A stretch of DNA of 62,077 bases from Patescibacteria group bacterium (lineage in GTDB: Bacteria > Patescibacteriota > Minisyncoccia > Ryanbacterales > GWA2-47-10b): positions 72,415 to 134,491 of the forward strand of contig JBBTQY010000010.1 of assembly GCA_038065475.1 (NCBI GenBank). The letters are read 5' to 3'. Both the position numbers and the translations under genes were made by a program. The notes beneath the pieces are model-generated. The model did not search any database, had not been told where the DNA came from, and saw only the letters and a list, made by a program, of their open reading frames with translations. Positions 10,830 through 19,228 of this stretch are shown here, piece by piece. Each line of letters begins with the position of its first letter. The stretch's first letter is position 1.

Positions 10830-11217
10830 TATCCGTCAGCCCGATTATCTTTTTCGTGATGGCGCCTCTCGCTATCCGTTGCGTCACAAGAGCGCCGCGG
10901 TCATGATAACTTTTTTTGTCGGTATTTTAGGCGTTGGCTATATTCTTTTTCATTCCTCGACCATTTATGCCGTGCCGGATTTGTATGTATTCGAACCAGT
11001 TGATGGCGCTGTTGTGCGCGCCCAGCAGGTTGCTATTGCAGGTGAGACCGAACCCAAGTCGCGTCTCGAGATCAATGGTTATGAGTTATTTAGTGATGAC
11101 AGAGGAGCTTTTCGCGTAGAGTTACCACTGCAAAGAGGTATACATATTCTTGACATTCGTGTAAAAAATCGCATTGGTAAAGAGGCAAAGGTTGTGCGAC
11201 ACATTATCGTCGAGTAG
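10819..11217 (+). CDS. Hypothetical membrane-anchored protein with a beta-rich (Ig-like?) ectodomain
   Basis: The ATG at 10819 overlaps the ftsK stop. One TM helix is followed by about 90 aa. I recognised no family motif. Confidence 0.55.
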   Translation: MSLNIRQPDYLFRDGASRYPLRHKSAAVMITFFVGILGVGYILFHSSTIYAVPDLYVFEPVDGAVVRAQQVAIAGETEPKSRLEINGYELFSDDRGAFRVELPLQRGIHILDIRVKNRIGKEAKVVRHIIVE

Positions 11218-11226
11218 TATGTGGAT

Positions 11227-12240
11227 ATGGCAAAAAAACAAGTAAAATCTGAAGGAGACTCAAGATCTGGCGCAGTAGATATGACTGTCAAAGCCATCCA
11301 GTCAAAATTTGGCGAAGGGTCACTCATGCGTCTTGGCGATGTAACAAAAGTCGCCATCAAAGCAATTCCTACCGGTTCATTTTCGCTTGATTGGGCGCTT
11401 GGTGTGGGTGGCGTGCCGCGAGGGCGTATTGTAGAAATTTTCGGTCCTGAATCATCAGGCAAGACAACGCTCTGCCTTCATATCGTTCGCGAATGCCAAA
11501 AGCAGGGAGGTGTCGCCGCGTTTATTGACGCCGAGCACGCGCTTGATCCTGATTATGCAAAAAAGATTGGCGTCAATCTCAATGAGCTTCTTATCTCGCA
11601 GCCTGATACTGGCGAGCAGGCGCTCGAGATTGTAGAAAGCCTTGTGCGTTCGGGCGGCATGGCGGTCATCGTCATTGACTCAGTTGCAGCTCTCACTCCG
11701 CGTGCAGAGATCGAAGGTGATATGGGCCAGCAGCATGTGGGACTCCAGGCGCGACTTATGTCACACGCGCTTCGTAAGCTTACCGCAATAGTTTCTAAGA
11801 CTGATACCACGGTTATTTTTATCAACCAAATCCGCATGCAGATTGGTGTGATGTTTGGTAACCCTGAGACAACGCCGGGTGGCAAGGCACTTAAATTTTA
11901 CTCATCAGTGCGCATCGATGTTAGGCGTATGGCGCAGATTAAAAAAGCCGAAGAAACTATCGGCAATCGGGTAAAGGTAAAGGTGGTCAAAAACAAAGTT
12001 GCTGCACCCTTTCGTGCAGGCGAATTTGATATCATGTTTGACGAAGGTATTTCGTATGAGGCAGACTTGCTCAACCTCGGCGTAAAGCTCGGCGTGGTTA
12101 AAAAGAGCGGCGCCTCACACACGTTTGGTGATCTCAAGCTTGGCCACGGGTACGACGCAGCTCGTCTCTTCTTGAAAGAAAACAAACAAGAACGCAAAAA
12201 TCTCGAGAAAGCGCTCCGCGATAAATTGGAAGAAGAATAA
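11227..12240 (+). CDS. recA: Recombinase RecA
   Basis: Walker [10 protein letters not shown], plus the blocks [10 protein letters not shown] and [27 protein letters not shown] at 11221 is an alternative start. Confidence 0.97.
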   Translation: MAKKQVKSEGDSRSGAVDMTVKAIQSKFGEGSLMRLGDVTKVAIKAIPTGSFSLDWALGVGGVPRGRIVEIFGPESSGKTTLCLHIVRECQKQGGVAAFIDAEHALDPDYAKKIGVNLNELLISQPDTGEQALEIVESLVRSGGMAVIVIDSVAALTPRAEIEGDMGQQHVGLQARLMSHALRKLTAIVSKTDTTVIFINQIRMQIGVMFGNPETTPGGKALKFYSSVRIDVRRMAQIKKAEETIGNRVKVKVVKNKVAAPFRAGEFDIMFDEGISYEADLLNLGVKLGVVKKSGASHTFGDLKLGHGYDAARLFLKENKQERKNLEKALRDKLEEE

Positions 12241-12243
12241 CAC

Positions 12244-12270
12244 AAAAGCCCCCTTGCGGGGGCTTTTTTT
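12244..12270. terminator. Bidirectional intrinsic terminator between recA and the convergent 3D-domain gene
   Basis: AAAAGCCCCC-TTGC-GGGGGCTTTTTTT: a GC stem flanked by an A-run and a T-run. Confidence 0.8.
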
Positions 12271-12315
12271 GGTCAGTATTCAATTTTAGTTTTTTCCTTT
12301 CCCGGTAGATTCAAT

Positions 12316-12753
12316 CTACTTCATCGAGACTTCAGGCGACCAGCGCTCACGGAGCACTTGGACTTTGGTCTTTTTTAAACCAAACGACTTTGCCTTTTCA
12401 TACTCCGGAAACCAGATGTCCATTCGGTCAGTATAACGCGAATGCATCCGATCTTTTACTACGAAGACCTTATCTCCGTAGAGTTCCGGAAAGCGGAGCT
12501 GAGTGCCGAAGGGGTAGGCGTTTGACGCTACCATGCCCCAGTGCACTGTGTGCCCCGATGCTGCGATAAATGGCGTATCATCCGTCTCTTCCGGTCGGGA
12601 TGTGTACGCGGTTATCTCGCAGTCAAACTCTTTCTCGATTTGCGGTAGTTCTACTACTACAGCGGGAGGGGGAGGAGGCGGAGGCGGTACTGCTATCGCG
12701 CTTGCCTTCCCCAGGAACGACCCGATAAGGGCCGCAAGGATATTCATATCCAT
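12316..12753 (-). CDS. Secreted 3D-domain protein (MltA/Rpf-like double-psi beta-barrel cell-wall hydrolase domain)
   Basis: Signal/anchor segment, a poly-Pro linker, then ITAYTSRPEETDDTPFIAASGHTV...VVKDRM, which is typical of 3D domains. Confidence 0.78.
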   Translation of the reverse strand: MDMNILAALIGSFLGKASAIAVPPPPPPPPAVVVELPQIEKEFDCEITAYTSRPEETDDTPFIAASGHTVHWGMVASNAYPFGTQLRFPELYGDKVFVVKDRMHSRYTDRMDIWFPEYEKAKSFGLKKTKVQVLRERWSPEVSMK

Positions 12754-12780
12754 AGGTTGTTTACCGCCTTTGCAGGCAAT

Positions 12781-12800
12781 AAAAAATCCCCTGCGAGGGG
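12781..12800 (-). terminator. Terminator-like hairpin in the divergent intergenic region upstream of the 3D-domain gene
   Basis: The minus strand reads CCCCTCGCAGGGG followed by TTTTTT, about 28 nt upstream of the 3D-gene start. Its function is unclear. Confidence 0.3.
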
Positions 12801-12847
12801 TATAACTACCCTAGCATAGATTCGGGAATTTTGCAATACTAGGGGTA

Positions 12848-15184
12848 ATGACGCGTCAAATAGCCGTTGATTACATTAAAAAAACACGAATTCTTGGTTT
12901 TTCTGATTCTGCACTGCGCCACGAGCTTGAAAAGTCGGGTTGGCCTGCCCATGAGATTGATTTAGCCTTTATTGAGTCACGCGCAGTCGACCAAAAACCC
13001 GCTCTTGAGTCGCCACCCGCACAATTTGTGCCGCGTACCAAGCCGCAGTGGGAAGAAAAAGATAAAGAGATCTTTAATACAGAACCAAAGCCGGTTGATT
13101 TAACAAAATCGAGTTTAGCTAAACCCCAGGAAATTTTTCAACAATCAAAGCCATCCGTACCCCTCGGAGCGCCCACTGGTACCATTGATGGCCTTCAATT
13201 TAACCCGCCACCAAAGTCAGTATCTTCCGAAAAGCCAATAGAGCCGCCAAAAGAGCCTACAGTAGAGGTGCCACGTATCACACAGATACAAAAACCTATC
13301 ATCACGCCCGCAAATGAGTTGATTGAGCCGGCGCATCCAAAAGAATTGCCACGCGTGGGCACGCCTGATAGTGCCGCGAGGCCATCGCTCGATACCAAGA
13401 TTTCCGAGGTGAAGTTAGCAACGCCCGAACCCATGGTCATGGGTGTGCCCGCCTCCCAGCTTATCAAGCCAGCAGCTCCAAGTGTGGAGTTACCCAAAAA
13501 GCAGCCTGAACCGGTCGAGCTAAAAACGTTCGCTTCACCGGTGGAGATAAAGATAGAGCGCGTTGTTGCTCCTCAAAAACAACCTGAGTATATGCCCAAA
13601 GAGCAAATGAACGCTACTCAACCCCCGCGTTTCAATCCTGCCCAAGAAGCTTTTGTCTCAGAGCTTATGGGAGACAAGATTGCGTCTGCAAATACAAGTT
13701 CGTCGCCTACTCGCTCTGCGGTACTTGAGTCTATCGGTGTACCACCGCGTACGCGTAACAATCGTACGCTTGCCGCCGTCGCCATTTCTGCTTTTTTTCT
13801 CATTGCATCAGGTGCGTCGGCAGGTTTTTGGTACTACCAGACAACCCTTAAGCCGCAATCAATAGTAAAGGGTGCACTCGTGAGCGCACAAAACATGAAA
13901 TCATATAGCTATGATGCTGAGTTACAGATGAAAATACGCGAATCAAAAACAACACTCGGAAAAGCCATGAGACCTTTTGTGCCGCCGCTTGCAGGTTTTG
14001 CGTTGGGCGCTATGACAGTGGGTGACACTGCATCAGATATCGATACCAACTATTCTTTTACTCTGCGTGCCAAGGGAGCTGTAGACGCGCATGATCCAGC
14101 AAAGCCAAAAAGCGAAATGACGCTCACGCTGGGGACCAAAGATTTTATCACCCCAGGCTTTCCAAACTCTAATACCGAGTTTGAATCGCGTCTTGTTGAT
14201 GATACCTATTACTTTCAGGTAGCAAAGTTGCCGTATTTTGATTCAGCTACGGTTGATCCGACTATGCCGAAATTTACTTCCGCAGACATTACCGGTAGAT
14301 GGGTGTCGATCAATTTTGAAACATTCGAAGATGATTTTAATAACTATGTAAAAGAACTTTCCTTGCTCGAGCCGTCTTTTGTCGGATATCACTTGGATCT
14401 TGATGAGCAAGAAGATCTTATCACCAAAAAACAGACCCAAGATATTGAAAAAATGTGGGATGAGACGCGGCTCGTCGTCTGGGATGATCAGATTGTGCGC
14501 GAACAAGAAAATGGTACTGATAGATATCGGGTCAAAGGAACGCTTGATAAAGACTCATTTAAGCGGTTTATTGTCCAATCTGCGAGTATGACGGGCGGCG
14601 TTGTCGATGAAGAAGGTAAAAAGAGTATCGAAGACATTTTTGCGCATATTGGTGATATTGAGATCAATGCATGGGTTGATAAAAATTCCGGCACACTTGT
14701 TCGTTTTGCAATAAGTGGGGCGAGTACGTTACCGCTAAATACCGAGGTAGCAGAGGGCGTAGCAGAGTTTCATCTGACAGCTGATCTTTCAGATATTGAT
14801 AAGCCGATAACTATTGCGCCACCAGCTGATCATTATGACGTACGTAATCTACTAGAAAAACTTTTTGCCTACGCGCGTGAAGGTTTTGCGAGCGACAACG
14901 CAGATGCAAGAGATGCTCGGCGTCTCTCCGATCTTTCGCGCATACGAACAGCGCTCGAGCTTTATAAAAAACGTGAAGGGATGTATCCCGCAAAACTTTC
15001 TGATCTTGTCTCCGAGTATTTAGCGACGTTACCTACCGATCCATTCACCAAAAAACAGTATCGCTATACACGCACCGCCAAAGGGTACACGCTCTCCGCG
15101 CAACTCGAAGACATAAAGCATCCAATCCTCAAACAAGACATCAGCCCCGGCAATACGCTCTATGATATAGGCCCCGCGCTCTGA
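12848..15184 (+). CDS. Large membrane protein with a Pro-rich linker and a C-terminal pilin-like (T2SS GspG-like) domain
   Basis: 778 aa with an internal TM helix (LAAVAISAFFLIASGASAGFWYY). The C-terminus DARRLSDLSRIRTALELYKKREGMYPAKLSDLV...LPTDPFT...YTLSAQLED resembles the globular head of CPR type IV pilin-like proteins. Confidence 0.72.
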   Translation: MTRQIAVDYIKKTRILGFSDSALRHELEKSGWPAHEIDLAFIESRAVDQKPALESPPAQFVPRTKPQWEEKDKEIFNTEPKPVDLTKSSLAKPQEIFQQSKPSVPLGAPTGTIDGLQFNPPPKSVSSEKPIEPPKEPTVEVPRITQIQKPIITPANELIEPAHPKELPRVGTPDSAARPSLDTKISEVKLATPEPMVMGVPASQLIKPAAPSVELPKKQPEPVELKTFASPVEIKIERVVAPQKQPEYMPKEQMNATQPPRFNPAQEAFVSELMGDKIASANTSSSPTRSAVLESIGVPPRTRNNRTLAAVAISAFFLIASGASAGFWYYQTTLKPQSIVKGALVSAQNMKSYSYDAELQMKIRESKTTLGKAMRPFVPPLAGFALGAMTVGDTASDIDTNYSFTLRAKGAVDAHDPAKPKSEMTLTLGTKDFITPGFPNSNTEFESRLVDDTYYFQVAKLPYFDSATVDPTMPKFTSADITGRWVSINFETFEDDFNNYVKELSLLEPSFVGYHLDLDEQEDLITKKQTQDIEKMWDETRLVVWDDQIVREQENGTDRYRVKGTLDKDSFKRFIVQSASMTGGVVDEEGKKSIEDIFAHIGDIEINAWVDKNSGTLVRFAISGASTLPLNTEVAEGVAEFHLTADLSDIDKPITIAPPADHYDVRNLLEKLFAYAREGFASDNADARDARRLSDLSRIRTALELYKKREGMYPAKLSDLVSEYLATLPTDPFTKKQYRYTRTAKGYTLSAQLEDIKHPILKQDISPGNTLYDIGPAL

Positions 15185-16158
15185 TGAAACGTATAGGCGT
15201 CTTGTTGGGAGGTCCTTCGAGTGAGCATGATATCTCAGTGCTCTCAGGGCTCAATGTGCTGCGCGCGCTTGAGGCAAATTATGAGGCGGTGCCCATTTTT
15301 ATTACGCGCACTGGCGAATGGCTTTTTGGCGCCGCGCGTCAGTGGCTAAGTCCTATCGAGGCGCTTTTGCGTGTTGATGGAGTTTTCAATGCGCTTCATG
15401 GTGAGTACGGGGAAGACGGGCATGTCCAGCGGATACTTGAGCGTGCACATATACCATATACAGGCGCACAGAGTTTGGCGTCCGCAGTGTCTATGAATAA
15501 AGCAATGGCGCACGATATTCTTGCAAAAGCTGGATTGCGCATTCCTAGAAGCATGGTTATGGGAAAAGATAATCTTGATATGCGCGCAGTGCTCGCGTTT
15601 GGTGCGCCACCATGGATTGTAAAGCCGCGTTCGCGCGGATCTTCCGTCGGCGTTTCCAAAGTTTCCATGCGCGAACAGTTGCCCACAGCTTTTGAGAAAG
15701 CGCTTGCTGTTGATACTCATTTGATCGTGCAGGAGTTTATACCAGGTAGAGAGATTACCTGCGGGGTGCTTGAAAATTTTGGCGGTAGGGCACACGTGGC
15801 ACTCGCCCCTATCGAGATCATACCTCCAGCCGACGCGGCATTTTTTGACTATCAGGTAAAATACAATGGCAAGACACAAGAGATTTGCCCGGCTGAATTT
15901 TATGGCGCCATGCTCAAAAAAATTCAAGAGACAGCGCTCGCGGCACACCACGCGCTTGGGCTTCGTCACTACTCACGCACAGATATGATTATCAAAACGC
16001 CCGAATACACCCGCCGCGCACCCGAACTCTATGTACTCGAAGTAAACACGCTTCCCGGGCTTACATCTGAGTCGCTGTTCCCGCGCGCGGCGCGTCATGC
16101 AGGGCTTGAGTTCCCCGATCTTGTTAACCACTTGGTTAAATTGAGCGGCGTGGTATAA
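15184..16158 (+). CDS. ddl: D-alanine--D-alanine ligase
   Basis: N-terminal GVLLGGPSSEHDISVLSG, an ATP-grasp core and C-terminal EVNTLPGLT. The start overlaps the upstream stop (TGATG). Confidence 0.93.
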   Translation: MKRIGVLLGGPSSEHDISVLSGLNVLRALEANYEAVPIFITRTGEWLFGAARQWLSPIEALLRVDGVFNALHGEYGEDGHVQRILERAHIPYTGAQSLASAVSMNKAMAHDILAKAGLRIPRSMVMGKDNLDMRAVLAFGAPPWIVKPRSRGSSVGVSKVSMREQLPTAFEKALAVDTHLIVQEFIPGREITCGVLENFGGRAHVALAPIEIIPPADAAFFDYQVKYNGKTQEICPAEFYGAMLKKIQETALAAHHALGLRHYSRTDMIIKTPEYTRRAPELYVLEVNTLPGLTSESLFPRAARHAGLEFPDLVNHLVKLSGVV

Positions 16159-17105
16159 TGAGCCTTATGGATGATACTAAAAAAACAGGGCCGCGCGATG
16201 TCTTTAGTCACTTGCTTGCGATTATCTTTCTTTACGTAAGCGTTTTTGCTTTCGGCTCCATCGTCTTTTCTCTTATCGATATTTATCTCCCTGACGTATT
16301 GCAGGGGCTCGGGTCATATGCGCGAGAAGGTTTGCGCTGGCCGCTTGCCGTACTCGTCGTTGTTTTCCCTTGTTACGTGTGGCTTACCTGGTATCTTGCG
16401 CGCGATGTCGAGCATAATCCAGAAAAACGTGATCTGAGAACTCGCAAATGGCTTTTGTATTTTACTTTGTTTGCTACCACTATCGCCATTGTCATCGACC
16501 TCATCTCGCTTATTTTCACCTTCCTTAATGGTGAGCTGACTACCCATTTTGTTCTCAAGGTGTTGACGGTCTTTGCGATTGCAGCGGCAGTATTTACCTA
16601 TTATCTTTGGACAATTCGCAAGGGCATATCAGCATTTAAACATGCAGGGATGCGCGTGTTTGTTATCGGTACGGTGGCGATAGTCGTTCTTAGTATTATC
16701 TTTGGATTTTATGTTGCGGGTTCTCCGCAGTCAGAGCGCTTGCGCCGTCTCGACATGGAGCGAGTCAGTGATCTCTACGTTGTTCAAAATCAATTAGTAG
16801 AATACTGGCGTGCAAAAAATGCACTACCTTCAGCACTCAACGATCTCGTCGACGATATCAACGTGACTATGTTGCCGATTGACCCTGTAACTAGCGAATC
16901 ATATGAATATCGGGTAACGGGAGAGCGCACTTTTGAGCTTTGCGCGGTTTTCCAAGCCGAAGACATAAAGGGCAGTGACGTCTCATCAATTGCATATCCA
17001 TACGATCAGTACGGTGAAAGTTTCGCACACGGTATTGGTCGTACATGCTTTGAGCGCACCATTGATCCTGATAGGTTCCCGCCGTTGAAATCTCTTCAAC
17101 AATAG
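16158..17105 (+). CDS. DUF5671-type polytopic membrane protein fused to a pilin-like C-terminal domain
   Basis: About 6 TM helices are followed by RRLDMERVSDLYVVQNQLVEYWRAKNALPSAL...PIDPVT...YEYRV...FELCAVF. Confidence 0.72.
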   Translation: MSLMDDTKKTGPRDVFSHLLAIIFLYVSVFAFGSIVFSLIDIYLPDVLQGLGSYAREGLRWPLAVLVVVFPCYVWLTWYLARDVEHNPEKRDLRTRKWLLYFTLFATTIAIVIDLISLIFTFLNGELTTHFVLKVLTVFAIAAAVFTYYLWTIRKGISAFKHAGMRVFVIGTVAIVVLSIIFGFYVAGSPQSERLRRLDMERVSDLYVVQNQLVEYWRAKNALPSALNDLVDDINVTMLPIDPVTSESYEYRVTGERTFELCAVFQAEDIKGSDVSSIAYPYDQYGESFAHGIGRTCFERTIDPDRFPPLKSLQQ

Positions 17106-17152
17106 GGTATTATTTTCTGACGCCAGAGCCTTGTAGGCGCGGCGTTTGAAAA

Positions 17153-17225
17153 GGGCCTGTAGCATAGTGGCAGTGCACCCGGTTTGCATCCGGGGTGTCG
17201 GAGTTCGATTCTCCGCAGGTCCACC
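17153..17225 (+). tRNA. tRNA-Ala (anticodon UGC)
   Basis: Hand-folded cloverleaf: acceptor GGGCCTG/CAGGTCC with the G3:U70 alanine identity pair, anticodon stem CCCGG/CCGGG with loop TTTGCAT, T arm CGGAG-TTCGATT-CTCCG, discriminator A. CCA is not fully encoded (CCG). Confidence 0.9.
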
Positions 17226-17272
17226 GTTTGTCTAGACAGGGAATATTGCCGAAAGCGTAAACATTTCCAGTC

Positions 17273-17315
17273 CAAGAAAGAAAAAGACCTCCCCGATACG
17301 ATGACCAGGGAGGTC
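17273..17315 (-). terminator. Intrinsic terminator of the element A ORF
   Basis: Minus strand: GACCTCCC-loop-GGGAGGTC followed by TTTTTCTTTCTT. Confidence 0.7.
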
Positions 17316-17357
17316 GTGATTGCCCGTGTTGCGTGAGTGGCTGAGACTTGTCGACAG

Positions 17358-17612
17358 TCAAGATTGAATGTTTTGGCGACGGCGACGGCGGATATCTTCA
17401 TGTCGACGAATCATTCGATCTGCAGATTCCCAACCCCTCTGCCCCGCCTCGTTGAAGAGCGCGCCAAAGAGAAATAGGAATGAGGCGATCGAGAACAAGA
17501 CTGCTGCTTCGCGGATTTGGGGATCTGTAGTCCAAATTGCGATACTGAGCCCTAAAAGTGTAACAAAGCTTAGTATGCGAACTGACAGAACTCGTTCCAT
17601 TATTTCCATCAT
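17358..17612 (-). CDS. Small membrane protein (84 aa, two TM helices, Arg-rich tail), unknown family
   Basis: Preceded by GGAGGA and a consensus promoter. Hydrophobic segments are LSFVTLLGLSIAIW and LFSIASFLFLFGALF. The C-terminus is RRHEDIRRRRRQ. Confidence 0.6.
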   Translation of the reverse strand: MMEIMERVLSVRILSFVTLLGLSIAIWTTDPQIREAAVLFSIASFLFLFGALFNEAGQRGWESADRMIRRHEDIRRRRRQNIQS

Positions 17613-17702
17613 AATTATACTTTTATCCTCCGTCCGGACTGGTCTCGAAGAAAATTTTCGAGAGCAATCCTCGAAGGAAATGATTTCCGAAGAACTAGGA
17701 AA

Positions 17703-17731
17703 ATTATATACTTAATGTAAAGTGTTGTCAA
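17703..17731 (-). promoter_or_regulatory. Perfect consensus sigma70 promoter (TTGACA - 17 nt - TATAAT) of element A
   Basis: The reverse complement of 17703-17731 is TTGACAACACTTTACATTAAGTATATAAT. Confidence 0.75.
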
Positions 17732-17778
17732 TATTTTGCCCTGAATCCTGGCTTGCGAAGTGCGTCCAATAGCCTATT

Positions 17779-17850
17779 CCAAGTTAGAGGTATATCTCGA
17801 CACGGTCCACCGTCAAGACTGGAAAGTTTGTCGAAAGCGTAAACTCTCCC
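17779..17850 (+). repeat. attP-like junction between elements A and B (P arm + tRNA-Ala 3' core + P' arm)
   Basis: CCAAGTTAGAGGTATATCTCGACAC is repeated at 18303-18328. The core GGTCCACCGT follows. Then ..GTCGAAAGCGTAAAC.. is shared with 17228-17266 directly after the tRNA. Confidence 0.7.
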
Positions 17851-17856
17851 CGCCTA

Positions 17857-17896
17857 GAAAAGAAAAAACCTCGCCGGCATAATAGTCGAAGAGGTT
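17857..17896 (-). terminator. Probable intrinsic terminator of the element B ORF
   Basis: Minus strand: AACCTC...GAGGTT stem followed by TTTTTTCTTTTC. Confidence 0.5.
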
Positions 17897-17918
17897 GTTG
17901 TTCCGAGGAGCTGTGTAA

Positions 17919-18131
17919 TTAGATCAGAGAGATTGCTTCTAGCAAAAACGCATGGAACTGTCCAGCGTCTTTTAGGATTTGAGCGGCGACTTGTTCATCA
18001 AGTCCTCTGCAATCTACTTCGATCCTCATGAGACAAGAATCAGCGTGTTGTCGTGCAGCTTCCGCATAGCGTCTGCGTTTCTCCTGTGTTCTTTGCTCTT
18101 CTTCTCGGATCCAGATTGCTTGAGTACTCAT
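17919..18131 (-). CDS. Small soluble helical protein (70 aa), unknown family
   Basis: The listed ORF 17919-18335 runs through its own promoter. The ATG at 18131 lies 4 nt after GGAGGA and gives MSTQAIWIREEEQRTQEKRRRY... Confidence 0.55.
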   Translation of the reverse strand: MSTQAIWIREEEQRTQEKRRRYAEAARQHADSCLMRIEVDCRGLDEQVAAQILKDAGQFHAFLLEAISLI

Positions 18132-18224
18132 AGTTTCCTCCGTCTGATTGACGGCCGACGAATTGTCAGACCGTAGGTGTCTGCCATCAATCTCGGAGGA
18201 AGGCGTTTCAAATGAACTAGCAAG

Positions 18225-18253
18225 ATTATATACTTGATATGAAGTTTCGTCAA
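18225..18253 (-). promoter_or_regulatory. Near-consensus sigma70 promoter (TTGACG - 17 nt - TATAAT) of element B
   Basis: The reverse complement of 18225-18253 is TTGACGAAACTTCATATCAAGTATATAAT. It is homologous to the element A promoter. Confidence 0.7.
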
Positions 18254-18302
18254 TCATTAGTGGATGTTGGTAAGAGCTCGCGAAGTACGCCCAAAACTCC
18301 AT

Positions 18303-18336
18303 CCCAAGTTCGAGGTATGTCTCGACACGGTCCACA
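18303..18336 (+). repeat. attR-like end of element B (P arm + truncated tRNA-Ala 3' core)
   Basis: CCAAGTTCGAGGTATGTCTCGACACGGTCCACA. It folds as a T-arm-like hairpin (TCGAG-GTATGT-CTCGA) followed by an acceptor-like strand. Confidence 0.65.
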
Positions 18337-18400
18337 CTTTTTATACATACCGGAAATGGTTCGATTGCGCCTATAATAAAGCCATCTTGATATATGGCTT

Positions 18401-19228
18401 ATGTTTTTTCTTTTTGATGTAGGGGGTACCAATACACGCATGGGTTTCTCGCGCGATGGCAGCTCAATCGAGGGTGAGCCCATCATGACCCAAACACCGC
18501 AGCGCTACGAAGATGGCGTTGCCCTCTTGGTTGAATCTGCAAAAAAATATGCTGCCCCAGGCCAGCTGCGTGTGGCAGCAGGTGGGCTTCCGGGTGTGAT
18601 CGATCAGATGACAGGTACCTTGCTGCGCGCGCCACATCTTGAAGGTTGGGTCGGCAAACCATTTGTCGCCGATCTGTCTGCAGCACTTGGTGTAGCGGTA
18701 TTGATTGAAAATGATGCCGCGCTCGCAGGTCTTGGTGAGGCAGTCTACGGCGCTGGCAAGGGGCATGATATTGTTGCGTATCTTACGGTCAGTACTGGCG
18801 TGGGGGGCGCTCGCATCGTACGAGGCGCCATCGATGCGCATCATGTTGGATTTGAACCCGGGCATCAGATTGTCGCCCATCATGATCAAAGTTATATCAC
18901 TCTCGAATCGCTCGTGTCAGGGTCAGGTATTGAGCGACGGCTTGGCAAAAAATCAGAAACTATTTCTGACCCCGCAGTATGGCAAGAGGTGACTGGCAAA
19001 CTTGCGATTGGTGTTGCCAATGTTATTTTACTTTGGGCTCCCAATGTTGTGGTGATCGGTGGTGCACTCAAAGATCGTTTGTTGCTCCCAATGCTTGAAC
19101 AGCATTTGGGGCAGATTATTTCTGTATTGCCAACGCTTCCTAAAATAATACTCGCATCGCTCAAATCAGTAGGTGGGCTTTACGGCGCACTCGAGATCGC
19201 ACGCCGCGAGGTATCAAAAGAGATATGA
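18401..19228 (+). CDS. ROK-family sugar kinase (glucokinase-like)
   Basis: N-terminal FDVGGTNTR, ENDAALAGLGE and VSTGVGGA motifs. Confidence 0.85.
   Translation: MFFLFDVGGTNTRMGFSRDGSSIEGEPIMTQTPQRYEDGVALLVESAKKYAAPGQLRVAAGGLPGVIDQMTGTLLRAPHLEGWVGKPFVADLSAALGVAVLIENDAALAGLGEAVYGAGKGHDIVAYLTVSTGVGGARIVRGAIDAHHVGFEPGHQIVAHHDQSYITLESLVSGSGIERRLGKKSETISDPAVWQEVTGKLAIGVANVILLWAPNVVVIGGALKDRLLLPMLEQHLGQIISVLPTLPKIILASLKSVGGLYGALEIARREVSKEI

Larger units (their letters stand above)
17228..17803. mobile_element. Mini-element A: integrase-less cassette between copies 1 and 2 of the tRNA-Ala 3' end
   Basis: Bounded by GGTCCACCGT at 17218-17227 and at 17804-13. It contains one promoter, one leader, one small ORF and one terminator, all on the minus strand. 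Confidence 0.45.
17814..18328. mobile_element. Mini-element B: second integrase-less cassette at tRNA-Ala
   Basis: Bounded by core copy 2 (17804-17813) and the truncated copy 3 GGTCCACA (18329-18336). Its architecture matches element A. Confidence 0.45.

Noticed and set aside
17368-18335. The + strand 115-aa ORF 17368-17715, and the 68-aa N-terminal extension of the minus ORF 17919-18335.
   Set aside because: The + ORF is an Arg-rich mirror of the minus-strand membrane protein. The extension would place the consensus promoter (18225-18253) and the GGAGGA RBS inside the coding region.
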